Shown: positions 1 to 9,296 of the stretch, in pieces
How the letters are laid out: the number at the start of each line of letters is the position of its first letter
Position numbering within the stretch: position 1 is the stretch's first letter
Position numbers and translations under genes: made by a program
Assembly (NCBI GenBank): GCA_016928955.1
Contig: JAFGJV010000049.1
Span: 3,624 to 67,623, forward strand
Direction of reading: 5' to 3'
Length of the DNA: 64,000 nt
DNA from: Spirochaetales bacterium
GTDB lineage: Bacteria > Spirochaetota > Spirochaetia > Treponematales > UBA12059
Notes under the pieces: model-generated
What the model was told of the DNA's origin: nothing
Seen by the model: only the letters and a program-made list of their open reading frames with translations
Databases searched by the model: none

Positions 1-999
1 GCCGAGGAAGGCCTGTCCTACGCCCTGTATGACGGCACCCAGCCCAATCCCACCATACCGAACATAGAGGAAGCTTTGGACCTGTACAGGCGCGAGTCCT
101 GCCAGGCCATTGTTGCCTTTGGGGGCGGGTCGCCCATGGACTGCGCCAAGGGCGTGGCCGTGCGCGCGGCCAATCCCCGCAAGCGCATCCAGGACCTGCG
201 CGGCACCCTGAAGGTCGGCAGGAGGCCCGTGCCGGTATTCGCCGTGCCCACCACGGCGGGAACAGGTTCCGAAACCACGGTGGCGGCGGTTATCACCGAT
301 CCCGCCACCCATGAAAAGTACGCGGTCAACGATCCCAAGCTGATCCCGCCCTACGCCGTGCTGGACCCCGAGCTGACGCTTGGCCTGCCGCCGGGCATCA
401 CCGGCACCACGGGCATGGACGCCCTCACGCACGCGGTTGAGGCGTATATCGGCAGGAGCAACACGAGGATTACTCGGGCCGCTGCCGAGGAGGCGGTCAG
501 CCTGATTTTTGGCTACCTGGAACGGGCCTACAAAAACGGTTCAGACCTTGAGGCCAGGGAGCGCATGCTGATGGCCGCCCACAAGGCCGGCATAGCCTTT
601 ACGCGGGCCTACGTGGGCTACGTTCACGCCATAGCCCATCAGCTGGGAGGCCTGTACGGCATGGCGCACGGCCTGGCCAACGCCATCATCCTGCCGCACG
701 TGCTCCGGGCATTCGGCCCGGTCGTGGACCGGCCTTTGGCCAGGCTGGCCCGCCTGGTACGCCTGGCAACAGACGCCGAGGGCGACCACGCGTCGGCCAC
801 GCGTTTTATAGAAGCAATAGAGGCCATGAACAAGCGCATGGGCATACCGGCGGGCATTCCGGATATCAAGGATGCCGACGTGGACCTGATCGTCAGCCGC
901 GCCTTCAGGGAGGCGCATCCCTTGTATCCGGTGCCGCGGTTCTTTTCCAGGGACGAGTGCGCGGCGCTCGTGCGGGCGCTGAAGGCCGCGGGCAACTGA
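1..999 (+). CDS. Iron-containing (group III) alcohol dehydrogenase, 5'-truncated at window edge
   Basis: The frame is open from nt 1. The GGGSPMDCAKGVAV and HAIAHQLGG motifs are typical of Fe-ADH. Confidence 0.85.
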   Translation, partial: AEEGLSYALYDGTQPNPTIPNIEEALDLYRRESCQAIVAFGGGSPMDCAKGVAVRAANPRKRIQDLRGTLKVGRRPVPVFAVPTTAGTGSETTVAAVITDPATHEKYAVNDPKLIPPYAVLDPELTLGLPPGITGTTGMDALTHAVEAYIGRSNTRITRAAAEEAVSLIFGYLERAYKNGSDLEARERMLMAAHKAGIAFTRAYVGYVHAIAHQLGGLYGMAHGLANAIILPHVLRAFGPVVDRPLARLARLVRLATDAEGDHASATRFIEAIEAMNKRMGIPAGIPDIKDADVDLIVSRAFREAHPLYPVPRFFSRDECAALVRALKAAGN

Positions 1000-1005
1000 C
1001 CGGCG

Positions 1006-2127
1006 CTACGCCCGGCCAGCCGCGCCAGTGGACGGCGTTCCGGCGCGCAGGGCGCGGGAGAAGGCGCGGCAGTCGGCGATGGAGCGCTCAAGCGGCGTGG
1101 ACGGAGCGTAGCCGAGTTCGCGCGCCGCCTTGCCGCTTGAGAACGCATTGACAAGGCTGCCCGACAGGGCCATGGCCGCGCCCAGTCCCAGGTACGGAAC
1201 CAGGGTCTCGGCCAGGCCCGAGGCGGCCATGGCCAGCCAGCGGGGCAGGACCCGGGTTTTGCCCCAGCGGACGCTACGCCCGTCTGTATCCGCGGCCACG
1301 CGGGCCACCAGGTCCATAAAAGCTGCGTAGCTGAGCACCGAGCGGTCGCCCCCGGCCAGGATATAGCCCTGGCCGACGCGGCCGCGCTCCAGTGCCGCCA
1401 TGACGCCGGCGGCAAAATCCCTGGCATCCATGAACGAGCTGACCCCGGGGTAGGTGAGCCCGAGACGGCCTTCCCACACGCCGTCCACCAGGCGGCTGAT
1501 GGCGTGGTTGACGTCGCCGGGCCCAACGGCCGTGCCGGGGTAGACCGTGAGCGCCGGCAGACCCCGCTCGCGGACGTACCGGCGCGACAGCTCGAGGGCG
1601 GCCAGCTTGGAATCGTAGTACGCCAGGCGCGAGCGGCCGATGAACGAATAGTCGCCCGAGGCGGACGCGTCGACCGCTTTCAGGGCATCATCCGCGGACC
1701 GGAACATGATGGGGCTGGCCGCGTGGTACGGCTCGGCCGAGTCCTCGGTCAGCGGGGCGCCATTTGGCGACGGACCCAGGGCGTTGACGCTGGACAAGTC
1801 TACGAGCTTCTTGACGCCCAGCACCAAGCCCGCCTCGTACACGTTCATGGAGCCCAGCACGTTGATGTCCCATACGCGTCGCCTGGCCTTCTTCCGGAAG
1901 TCAACGGCGCCGGCGGCGTGTATGATGGCGTCGCAGCCGGCAAAGGCCCGCGCCACGCTGTCCCGGTCCATGATGTCCAGCCGCACCATTTTGACGCGAC
2001 CAGGGTCGATCAGGGGATGGGCCGTGGTGCGCGACGCTCCTGCGACCACCTGGTGGCCGGCCGCGAGCGCGGCGACCGTTATGTTGGCTCCCAGAAATCC
2101 GAACGCTCCGCTCACTCCCACGCGCAT
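1006..2127 (-). CDS. NAD-dependent epimerase/dehydratase family protein (extended SDR)
   Basis: N-terminal GAFGFLGANIT Rossmann motif, with a YxxxK-type context further in. 373 aa. Confidence 0.7.
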   Translation of the reverse strand: MRVGVSGAFGFLGANITVAALAAGHQVVAGASRTTAHPLIDPGRVKMVRLDIMDRDSVARAFAGCDAIIHAAGAVDFRKKARRRVWDINVLGSMNVYEAGLVLGVKKLVDLSSVNALGPSPNGAPLTEDSAEPYHAASPIMFRSADDALKAVDASASGDYSFIGRSRLAYYDSKLAALELSRRYVRERGLPALTVYPGTAVGPGDVNHAISRLVDGVWEGRLGLTYPGVSSFMDARDFAAGVMAALERGRVGQGYILAGGDRSVLSYAAFMDLVARVAADTDGRSVRWGKTRVLPRWLAMAASGLAETLVPYLGLGAAMALSGSLVNAFSSGKAARELGYAPSTPLERSIADCRAFSRALRAGTPSTGAAGRA

Positions 2128-2249
2128 GGTGGTACCTCCGCTTGATCATGGCCGGCAATCACGGCCCTCCGCGGTCTATAGAAGCGGAGCGCGCACGCTT
2201 GCGTCAAGCGGCCGTTCCCCGAACGAATACCGTGTGCTACAGTACGGTC

Positions 2250-2774
2250 ATGCGGCACGCCTCCGGAAACAAGGGCACACAGATCATAGCTCTGATCGGC
2301 CTTCCGGCCAGCGGAAAAACCACGGTGGGGAAACTCCTGGCCAGCAGGCTGGGCGTGCCCTTTGTGGATCTGGACGACGCCATCAGCGCGGCCGCCGGCA
2401 TGAGTCCGGGCGGATTGATACGCGCCCGGGGCGAGGCCGCCTTCCGCCAGCTGGAAAGCCGGGCGCTTGCGGCCGCCTGCGCAGGTCCCGCGTGCGTTGT
2501 GGCCACGGGCGGAGGTTGTGTGGAAACGGCGGCCAACAGGGCCGTGCTCGGGGAGCGCGCCACCACGGTGTGGCTGCGCGTCGGCCCGGACGAGGCCGCG
2601 AGCCGGGCGGCCGGCGGCGACCGTCCTTTGCTGGAAGGTGACGCGAGCGCGCGCATGCGCGAGCTTCTGGCGCGGAGGGAAAGCCTGTACCGCGGCTGCG
2701 CGGATGTGGTGGTGGACACGGAAGGGCGCGCGCCGGATAGCGTCGCGGAGCTGGCGTATGACGCTGTGCGTTGA
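2250..2774 (+). CDS. aroK: Shikimate kinase
   Basis: Walker A GLPASGKTTVGKLLA at the N-terminus, about 175 aa. The internal ATG was chosen over the longer ORF extension. The gene overlaps the aroA start. Confidence 0.8.
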   Translation: MRHASGNKGTQIIALIGLPASGKTTVGKLLASRLGVPFVDLDDAISAAAGMSPGGLIRARGEAAFRQLESRALAAACAGPACVVATGGGCVETAANRAVLGERATTVWLRVGPDEAASRAAGGDRPLLEGDASARMRELLARRESLYRGCADVVVDTEGRAPDSVAELAYDAVR

Positions 2775-4047
2775 GCCGGGGCGGCTCGAGGGCAGCCTGG
2801 TCGTCCCCCCGTCAAAGAGCGCCATGATCAGGGCGGTTGCCTGCGCCCTCATGGCCGACGGCGAGTCCGCCATCGAAAACCCCAGCCGCTCCGCCGACGC
2901 GCGTGCCGCCCTGGGGATAGCCGCGGCCCTGGGCGCGTCGGTGGACCAGGCCGGAGACGGGGAGCCGGTGGTGATACGAGGGCATGCCCTGCGTACCGCG
3001 CCCTCAGGTCGCATCACGCTCAACTGCGGCGAGTCCGCCCTGTGCCTCCGCATGTTCAGCGCCATTGCGGCGCTCCTGCCCGTTCCGGTGGAGCTCCGGG
3101 CTGAAGGTTCCCTGGCCAAGCGCACTGTGTCCATGGTTGAGGATGGCCTGAGGGGCGCCGGCGTTGAGTGCCAAACGGCGGCTGGACGCCCACCGGTCAC
3201 GGTTCGCGGCCCCCTGAAGGCGACGAGCCTGACGGCGGACGGCTCGGCCAGCTCCCAGGCGGCCAGCGGGCTCCTTTTGGCCCTGCCCCTGGCCGGCGGC
3301 TCGGAACTAGTTGTAGAGCGTCCGGCCAGCGGCGGCTACCTGGACCTGAGCGCCCACATCATGGCGGCTTTTGGCGTACAGGTCCACCGTTTTGACGACG
3401 CTGGTCCGCGGGCTGTCTTTACCCTGTCAGGGGCGCGGATGTACCGGCCTGGCAGATACGTTGTTGAGGGCGACTGGAGTTCGGCCGCCGCCATGGCAGC
3501 CGCCGTGGCCGTGAGCGGCGGCTGCGCGGAATTCCGCGGCCTGGATCCCGGCTCCAGCCAGCCGGACAAGGCCGTGCAGGACGCGCTCAGGCTTGCGGGC
3601 GCAGGTGTCAGCTGGACAGCGGACGGCCGCCTTGTGGTGGACGGGAGCCGGGCTCTCCATGGCTTTGAATTCGATGTTGGTGCTTGTCCCGACCTGGCCC
3701 CGCCCCTGGTTGCCCTGGCGTCATGCTGCCAAGGCACGAGCGTGCTCAAGGGCGCGTCCCGGCTCTCCGGTAAGGAAAGCGACCGGGCATCTGCGCTGGC
3801 ACTTGAGTTCGGAAAGCTCGGCGTGGACGTCCGGCAGGACGGAGACCTTCTGTGCGTACGCGGCCTTGGCCCGCGCGGCCATCCCCTGGCGGCCACCGTG
3901 TGGTCCCATGGCGACCACCGTGTGGCAATGGCCGTGTCGGCGCTGGCCACGCGGGCCAAGGGACCCGTATACCTGCGCGGCGCCGAGTGCGTGGACAAGT
4001 CGTGGCCGGGCTTCTTTCGCGGCCTGGCATCCCTCAGGACGAGCTGA
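2758..4047 (+). CDS. aroA: 3-phosphoshikimate 1-carboxyvinyltransferase (EPSP synthase)
   Basis: LVVPPSKSAMIRAVACALMADGES matches the EPSPS N-terminus. 430 aa. The ATG at 2758 overlaps the aroK 3' end. The upstream ORF extension is Arg/Pro-rich noise. Confidence 0.85.
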   Translation: MTLCVEPGRLEGSLVVPPSKSAMIRAVACALMADGESAIENPSRSADARAALGIAAALGASVDQAGDGEPVVIRGHALRTAPSGRITLNCGESALCLRMFSAIAALLPVPVELRAEGSLAKRTVSMVEDGLRGAGVECQTAAGRPPVTVRGPLKATSLTADGSASSQAASGLLLALPLAGGSELVVERPASGGYLDLSAHIMAAFGVQVHRFDDAGPRAVFTLSGARMYRPGRYVVEGDWSSAAAMAAAVAVSGGCAEFRGLDPGSSQPDKAVQDALRLAGAGVSWTADGRLVVDGSRALHGFEFDVGACPDLAPPLVALASCCQGTSVLKGASRLSGKESDRASALALEFGKLGVDVRQDGDLLCVRGLGPRGHPLAATVWSHGDHRVAMAVSALATRAKGPVYLRGAECVDKSWPGFFRGLASLRTS

Positions 4048-4126
4048 CGGGACGCCGGAGCCGCGTCCAGCCAAGCTTATACGGGCGCGGTGGGTAGAGG
4101 GGGCCGCGCCTCACGCCGTTTAGGGG

Positions 4127-4876
4127 TCAGGAGGCGTTGAGGCTCTCCGTTCCCGTATCCTGCGCCCCGGTCGCCGTTCCGCTGTGGGCCATACGGTACG
4201 CGATGAGCCCCATGGCCACGTAAGCTATGGTTTTGGGGATCATGAGGAGCCCCAGGGCCGGCGCCACGGAGGCGAACAGGATCACCGGCAGATAGAAGGC
4301 GTAGGAAGCCAGCATGGATAGCCCGATGCCCGTCCAGAACTTATCCCCTTTCCGCTTTCCGTCCCGGAGGAATACGATGGCCAGCCACAGTCCCGCGATG
4401 ATAAGCGGCAGATTGCGGATCAGGCCCATGATCTGTGGCGGTTGAGGACTCTCCCATCCGTTTCCCGGTAACGCCATCAGCACCAGCCTCAGGCACAAAA
4501 GCGACTGGATTATCCAATACCACGCGCCCGAGCGGCCATTCCGCTTCCTGGCCGCGTCGGCCAAGACCATATAGAAAACCGTCATCGTATAGGCGGTGGC
4601 CATCATGCCTATCCCCACCCAACTTGCCTCGACCCCGTTGATGAACGCGACGCATCGCTCCGGGCCGAGGACGGCCTGGGCGACCCTGGCGCCGACATGG
4701 AAGCTGTCTCCGGCGGCCAGAAGGGCAAACGCTGCGGCAAATCGGGCCGCAAGGCGCGAGATCAGGCCCTTGGCCTTTGGCGAAGCCTTGGCAAGCAGGC
4801 CGACTAGGATCCAGACGGTGGCCAGGTAGGCGACGTTAAAGACGCTTTCAGCTATCATGGATGGTAAAGAATTCAT
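4127..4876 (-). CDS. Hypothetical polytopic membrane protein
   Basis: Six to seven hydrophobic helices. The start was chosen at MNSLPSM, preceded by GGAGG at a 4-nt spacing. It is divergent from the TetR gene. Confidence 0.5.
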   Translation of the reverse strand: MNSLPSMIAESVFNVAYLATVWILVGLLAKASPKAKGLISRLAARFAAAFALLAAGDSFHVGARVAQAVLGPERCVAFINGVEASWVGIGMMATAYTMTVFYMVLADAARKRNGRSGAWYWIIQSLLCLRLVLMALPGNGWESPQPPQIMGLIRNLPLIIAGLWLAIVFLRDGKRKGDKFWTGIGLSMLASYAFYLPVILFASVAPALGLLMIPKTIAYVAMGLIAYRMAHSGTATGAQDTGTESLNAS

Positions 4877-4889
4877 TGGACCTCCACAA

Positions 4890-4925
4890 TGCACTCTTTG
4901 GTGCAATAATGCACTGAAGAGTGCA
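4890..4925. promoter_or_regulatory. Nested inverted repeat TGCACTCTT-N18-AAGAGTGCA (inner GTGCA-ATAA-TGCAC) in the divergent intergenic region; candidate TetR operator
   Basis: Palindrome read directly from the sequence between the membrane-protein and TetR genes. Confidence 0.45.
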
Positions 4926-4962
4926 TGTAATACGTAATTATGTCAAGAGCCGGGGAGCGCTT

Positions 4963-5589
4963 ATGGACGAGTTGGATGAAGGCCTGCAAGAGGCAAGACG
5001 CCGAAAACAGCGCCAGGGCATAATCCGCGCGGCCGCATCATTGTTCATCGAGCGCGGCCCCAGGGCGGTCACCATGGATGAGGTGGCGGCTGAGGCGGGG
5101 GTTGCCCGCAGGACGATTTTTAACTACTACCAGGGCAAGGAAGGGCTGCTCTACGATGTCGCGGCCCCAGTGCTGAACGACGCCACGGATTTGGCCTTTG
5201 AGCTGGCCAAACGGGGGGGCGATGGATATGCCCCATGCTCTCTTGAGGACATAGCGGCCTTGTGCCTAAAGCTCTGGAAGCTCCATGGCCGTTCGCTTTC
5301 ACTCATATACACTATTGGCCTTGAAAGCTCGGAACGGCTGGCGGCCCTTCACGCAGGTTTCCTGGGGGCTTTCAGAAAGCTCATGGAATCCAGCGAGCTG
5401 GGGACAAAAGCCGATCTGGATGTGTTCCGGGCAGGACGAATCTTGTACCGCTGCTTTGTGCCCCTGCTCCTTGCCCTTGAAGGGGCCGACGATATGGACC
5501 GGCGCTTTGTTGACGCGTTATGCGGCATGGTCAGAAAAGGCGCGATCCGGAGTCTGGCGCTTACGGAGAACAGGGAGGGAAACCAATGA
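4963..5589 (+). CDS. TetR/AcrR family transcriptional regulator
   Basis: N-terminal HTH RAAASLFIERGPRAVTMDEVAAEAGVARRTIFNYY. GGGGAG RBS, then 5 nt before the ATG. Confidence 0.8.
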   Translation: MDELDEGLQEARRRKQRQGIIRAAASLFIERGPRAVTMDEVAAEAGVARRTIFNYYQGKEGLLYDVAAPVLNDATDLAFELAKRGGDGYAPCSLEDIAALCLKLWKLHGRSLSLIYTIGLESSERLAALHAGFLGAFRKLMESSELGTKADLDVFRAGRILYRCFVPLLLALEGADDMDRRFVDALCGMVRKGAIRSLALTENREGNQ

Positions 5590-6005
5590 GTCTGTTAGAA
5601 CTGCTGGGGCCGAAAAAAACTGAGAACCTGGGTACCCTGGAACTGGATAAAAATAACAAGCCCGCCCCGATGACAGGCGGCCGGTTAGCCAAATTCCTGC
5701 TTGCCTTGGCGCTCTTGGCGGCGGCGCTGGTGGCGATCTATTCCAGCTCGCGCAAGGGGCTCCTGTACCTGGGCCTGGGAGCCTATCTGGTCGCGTCGTA
5801 TTTTATCAAGGCCAAGCCCAACACCTCCGATCTGGGCATGCTGGGCGGGCTCGTGGACCATCCCTTCAAGTACACCGACGACGTGAACCGCGCCCTCTTG
5901 TTTCTCAAGATAGCCTTGGCGCCGGGGAAATTCGTGAGCCGGTCCATCGTGGACGGGTTTCGAGCCGGGCGCGGGAGGCGTGGGGCCCCGGAAAATCCGT
6001 CCTGA
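5586..6005 (+). CDS. Hypothetical small membrane protein (2 TM), translationally coupled to the TetR gene
   Basis: GGAGGG RBS. ATGA overlap with the TetR stop. Hydrophobic segments are present. Confidence 0.45.
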   Translation: MSLLELLGPKKTENLGTLELDKNNKPAPMTGGRLAKFLLALALLAAALVAIYSSSRKGLLYLGLGAYLVASYFIKAKPNTSDLGMLGGLVDHPFKYTDDVNRALLFLKIALAPGKFVSRSIVDGFRAGRGRRGAPENPS

Positions 6006-6034
6006 AAGAGGGTATGCTGGCTCGTGCGCCGGCG

Positions 6035-7153
6035 TCACGACCGCGGCGGCCGCAGCCTGTTCGCCGAGCCTTCCCGTTCCAGGAGCCTGAGTTTCCTCCA
6101 CAAGCCGCCGCCGTAGCCGCCCAAGCTCCCGTCGGTGGTGATCACCCTGTGGCAGGGTATGAGTATGGCTATACGGTTCATGCCGTTGGCCGTCCCGACC
6201 GCACGTTCCGCCCCGGTGGCTCCTATCTCCGCGGCCAGCTGGGCGTAGCTCCGCGTCTCCCCGTAGGGTATATGCAAAAGGCCTTCCCACACGCGGCGCT
6301 GGAAGTCCGTTCCGGGATAGTCCAGGGGAAGGTTGAAGGTCGAGCGCCTGCCTTCGAAATACTCCGATAGTTGCGAGCGGAGCCGTGCGATCAAGGGGCT
6401 GTCCCCGGGGAGGAGAGGCTTCCCCAGGCGCGATGAGAGCGTACGCAGCTGGGCCTCCATCATCCGCCGGTCGGTGAACTCGAGCAGGCAGATGGCCGTG
6501 TCCGTGGCGCCGGCTACCATGGGTCCCAAGGGGCTGTCCAACCAAGCCAGGCGCACGAAATCCTCGCCCTTGGCAGCACCGGGCGGCAGGCCGGCCGCCC
6601 TGGAAAAGGCGTCCCGAAAGGCCGAGTGCGATTCCCAGCCGTGGTCGAACACCGCGTCGTCTATGCCCGAGCCGTCCTTGATAGATCGGAACGCCTCACC
6701 CAGCCGGCGGGCCCGGCTATAGGCCTGGAAGGTCATCCCGTAATTGCGGAGGAACCAGCGGCGGGCTGTGGCCGGATCGATCCCCTCGGCGGAAAGCTCC
6801 GCGTCGCGTATCCGCCTTGAGGGATCCGACTCCACGCGGTCGACGAGCTTGCATACCCAGGCAGGTGCCGCGTATGGGGGCGGGACGGCGCCGCCCGGTC
6901 CATCCAAGGGCCGGCAGCGCGCGCACGGTCGGAAGCCGGCGAAGAGAGCTTCCCGCGCGGATGAAAAGTACTCAAGATGCTCGGGCTTGGCCTTGCGGGC
7001 GGGGCAGGAGGGGCGGCAGAAGATGCCGGTTGTCGTGACCGCCGCGTAGAACAGGCCGTCGTAGGAACCGTCGCGCTCCATGAACGCCCGCTCCATTTCG
7101 GCCTTATCCAGCACCGGGACATCCGGCTTATCGGAACGAGGTGTGGCTTTCAT
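6035..7153 (-). CDS. ada: Bifunctional Ada: methylphosphotriester-DNA methyltransferase / AraC-type regulator / O6-methylguanine-DNA methyltransferase
   Basis: N-terminal Cys4 metal site (FCRPSCPARKAKPEHLEYF ... FRPCARCRP). AraC HTH in the middle. C-terminal PCHRV active-site motif. The start was chosen at MKATPRS, and a GTG 44 codons upstream is also possible. Confidence 0.8.
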   Translation of the reverse strand: MKATPRSDKPDVPVLDKAEMERAFMERDGSYDGLFYAAVTTTGIFCRPSCPARKAKPEHLEYFSSAREALFAGFRPCARCRPLDGPGGAVPPPYAAPAWVCKLVDRVESDPSRRIRDAELSAEGIDPATARRWFLRNYGMTFQAYSRARRLGEAFRSIKDGSGIDDAVFDHGWESHSAFRDAFSRAAGLPPGAAKGEDFVRLAWLDSPLGPMVAGATDTAICLLEFTDRRMMEAQLRTLSSRLGKPLLPGDSPLIARLRSQLSEYFEGRRSTFNLPLDYPGTDFQRRVWEGLLHIPYGETRSYAQLAAEIGATGAERAVGTANGMNRIAILIPCHRVITTDGSLGGYGGGLWRKLRLLEREGSANRLRPPRS

Positions 7154-7403
7154 GGGCCTACGGTACGACGATTCGGGCGATTCTTCCACCGGAAAATGAA
7201 CAGCGAATTCCCGCTCTTCCTCGCATGCGCTCGACACAGTGCTAGGGGGATATTCCCTCGAGCGGCGGATAAGCGCCGCTCTCACCCCTGCGCTCCTCTG
7301 GAGTCTCGGAGCGCATGGTAGCGCGTTTCACGCGCCTGCGGGGGGAAGGGCATTGATGGCCCGCCGGACGGCGGGCACGCAACAAATCCTATCAGCCCGT
7401 GAT

Positions 7404-7440
7404 AAAAAAATGAGGCGCCCCAAAGGACGCCTCATTTTTA
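7404..7440 (-). terminator. Rho-independent terminator following tRNA-Pro (stem tgaggcg/cgcctca, T-run on the minus strand); A/T runs on both sides, so possibly bidirectional
   Basis: Hairpin plus U-tract read directly from the sequence. Confidence 0.6.
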
Positions 7441-7513
7441 TCGGGCTGAGAGGATTTGAACCTCCGACATCTTGGTCCCGAACCAAGCGCGCTAGCCCCT
7501 GCGCTACAGCCCG
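7441..7513 (-). tRNA. tRNA-Pro (anticodon CGG)
   Basis: Manual fold: acceptor CGGGCUG/CAGCCCG, anticodon stem CUUGG/CCAAG with loop UUCGGGA, T-arm GGAGG-UUCAAAU-CCUCU, discriminator A. No encoded CCA. Confidence 0.85.
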
Positions 7514-7545
7514 TGGGGACACGCCATAATAATGGCGTATCTTCA

Positions 7546-7572
7546 ATAAAAAATCCCGCGCGGGGCGGGATT
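7546..7572 (-). terminator. Rho-independent terminator following tRNA-Asp (stem aatcccgc/gcgggatt plus a T-run on the minus strand)
   Basis: Hairpin plus U-tract read directly from the sequence. Confidence 0.55.
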
Positions 7573-7646
7573 CGGGAGCGACGGGGCTTGAACCCGCGAT
7601 CTCCGGCTTGACAGGCCGGCGCGATAACCAGCTTCGCTACGCCCCC
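7573..7646 (-). tRNA. tRNA-Asp (anticodon GTC)
   Basis: Manual fold: acceptor GGGGGCG/CGCUCCC (one G-U pair), anticodon stem CCGGC/GCCGG with loop CUGUCAA, T-arm GCGGG-UUCAAGC-CCCGU, discriminator G. Confidence 0.85.
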
Positions 7647-7668
7647 AGCGTCATCGCTGACGAGCGGC

Positions 7669-7698
7669 ACTATACCGGGAGTGCCCGGCTTGTGTCAA
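7669..7698 (-). promoter_or_regulatory. Sigma70 consensus-like promoter for tRNA-Asp (TTGACA-18-TATAGT on the minus strand)
   Basis: The -35 and -10 hexamers read as the reverse complement, 15-20 nt upstream of the tRNA 5' end. Confidence 0.5.
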
Positions 7699-8975
7699 TA
7701 CCTTGGGCCTCTACGTGGCGGTTTTTTGCCGGATCTCTGGGATGGCGGGCTGCCTGAAGAGCCGGCGGGGCGGGGTGCCTGGCCGTCGGTCGGTTCATGG
7801 ATAGGCACGGGCGCCCCGCGCAGCACCACGGCGCCTGATTTTGGGTCGCGTTCGCCCCGTGCGCCTGGAAGGGCCCCGTCCAGCCTGAGCAGGGTGCCGG
7901 AGGGGTAGTCTGCCAGGGCGCCGCGGACCAGGGTGTAACCGGACGACGAGCATGCATAGCGGCCACGGCTGCCGTCCGACAGCCGGAAGGAATCCGAGAT
8001 GACGCGGACAGCGTGGCGCGCGGGCTCGGCGGCGGTTCGGGGCGACGCGTACAGGTAGGACGCCACCAGCCTGTCCTTGGGGAGGCCCACGGACGACGAG
8101 AACGCGGACAGCCGGTCCGGAGCAGCGGTGTCGGGGATCACAAAGTGGCACCAGGGAGCCTTGATCCTGCCCCTGGACGTAACCACCTTGCCCAGTGCGG
8201 CAGTCTCGGCTCCGTCAACTCGGAACGCGGACGACAGGAAGGCCCCGGGCATGGGGCAGGCGCGGGCGTGGGTGCAGGGAGCCAGTATGGAGCCGCCGCC
8301 CAGCAGGCATGCTTCCCGCAGGGCCGCGAGCATGGCGCCCGTTCGCGGGTCCCCTGGCTCAACCAGGAGTATTCGGCCGGCTTCGTCCGTGCGCGCCGCC
8401 AGTTCCTCGAACAGGCCGGCCGCGCGCTCGTCCAGGCGGCCTTTGGCCTTCCAGAAGCTTTCATTGAAGACGTTGGCCGCGCATACCAGGCTGAAGGTCT
8501 CGTTTTCGGAGCGCTCGAAGGGGAAAATGCCCTTACGGGTTTCCAGCGACCAGGCCAGACCGCCTCGGGAGCCAGGCTGGGCGGCGCGGAGGGCCAGGCC
8601 GCCCAGGAAGGCACTGCCCAGTTCCAGAACGCGCTTGACCCTGTCTGCGCACACCAGGGTCAGGGGGCGCTCGCGGAGCTCGGGGCGGGCTATCCAGAGG
8701 GCTATGGGCAGGGTTAAGGGGCCAGAGCCAAGGTCCAGCACCCGGGAGCCCGGCGCCAGGTCCAGTTCAAGGCCGGCCAGAAGGGGTACCAGCCTGACGA
8801 CGTTCCAGGGCAGGAAGTACCGGAGGTAGGCGGCCAGCATGGCCGGTTCTCCTATGTAGTCCGCCTGGCGCTCGGAGCGTTCGCTGGTGAGTTCCCGCCA
8901 TAATTCCAGGACGTCCCGCCTGAGATCCTGTCGGCGGCCGGCTGGCAGGGGGGCGGCTTCTTCTATGACGTCCAT
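7695..8975 (-). CDS. Putative SAM-dependent methyltransferase, Rsm22-like (COG5459) with a C-terminal Cys cluster
   Basis: VLDLGSGPLTLPIALW motif-I-like. C-terminal CTHARAC...WCHF cysteines. The start was set at MDVIEEA, because the upstream 60 codons are R/P-rich low-complexity. Confidence 0.45.
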   Translation of the reverse strand: MDVIEEAAPLPAGRRQDLRRDVLELWRELTSERSERQADYIGEPAMLAAYLRYFLPWNVVRLVPLLAGLELDLAPGSRVLDLGSGPLTLPIALWIARPELRERPLTLVCADRVKRVLELGSAFLGGLALRAAQPGSRGGLAWSLETRKGIFPFERSENETFSLVCAANVFNESFWKAKGRLDERAAGLFEELAARTDEAGRILLVEPGDPRTGAMLAALREACLLGGGSILAPCTHARACPMPGAFLSSAFRVDGAETAALGKVVTSRGRIKAPWCHFVIPDTAAPDRLSAFSSSVGLPKDRLVASYLYASPRTAAEPARHAVRVISDSFRLSDGSRGRYACSSSGYTLVRGALADYPSGTLLRLDGALPGARGERDPKSGAVVLRGAPVPIHEPTDGQAPRPAGSSGSPPSQRSGKKPPRRGPRY

Positions 8976-9254
8976 GAGCACGGACACCAGGTGTCTGGCG
9001 TCATCCGGGGCGCCAAAACCGGATGAAGACAGGACCCTCAGGCTGGGCGGAGCGGGGGGCTGGCTGTGAGCCGTGTCGGTGGCGCGGCGGCCTATGGACG
9101 GCTCGCCCAGGCGGGTGGGACGGCCTCTGTGCGGGGGCCGCTCTCGGTGGTGGGAACTCATACCCTGACTATCGCATGTACGGCGTCCGCGGGCAAGCGC
9201 GAGGGATCGGAGCGGGTAGCCCGGAGCCCGCGAGGACTACCCGCGCAGAGCCCG

Positions 9255-9278
9255 GTCCGCGGCCGAACGGCCGCGGAC
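9255..9278. repeat. Perfect GC-rich palindrome GTCCGCGGCCG-AA-CGGCCGCGGAC in a long noncoding gap
   Basis: Read directly. No flanking U-tract, so it is not a classical terminator. Confidence 0.5.
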
Positions 9279-9296
9279 GCGCCCACAACGATATGA

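Noticed and set aside
541-4123. Many long ORFs in alternative frames or on the opposite strand over the Fe-ADH, epimerase, aroK and aroA genes (e.g. 639-1526, 1504-2145, 1706-2641, 2112-3200, 2237-2815, 3336-3998)
   Set aside because: Their translations are Arg/Pro/Ala/Gly-rich low-complexity sequence typical of off-frame reading of high-GC DNA. Each overlaps a gene with clear family motifs and has no plausible RBS.
7239-7670. ORFs 7239-7529, 7328-7546 and 7392-7670 overlapping the tRNA genes
   Set aside because: They overlap two well-folded tRNAs and their terminators. They are non-coding.
7695-9161. Full-length 488-aa version of the Rsm22-like ORF, and the ORFs 8013-8717, 8077-8829 and 8138-8614 inside it
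   Set aside because: The N-terminal 62 codons are R/P-rich with no similarity to the family, and an internal ATG (8975) begins the recognisable N-terminus. The internal ORFs are off-frame artefacts.
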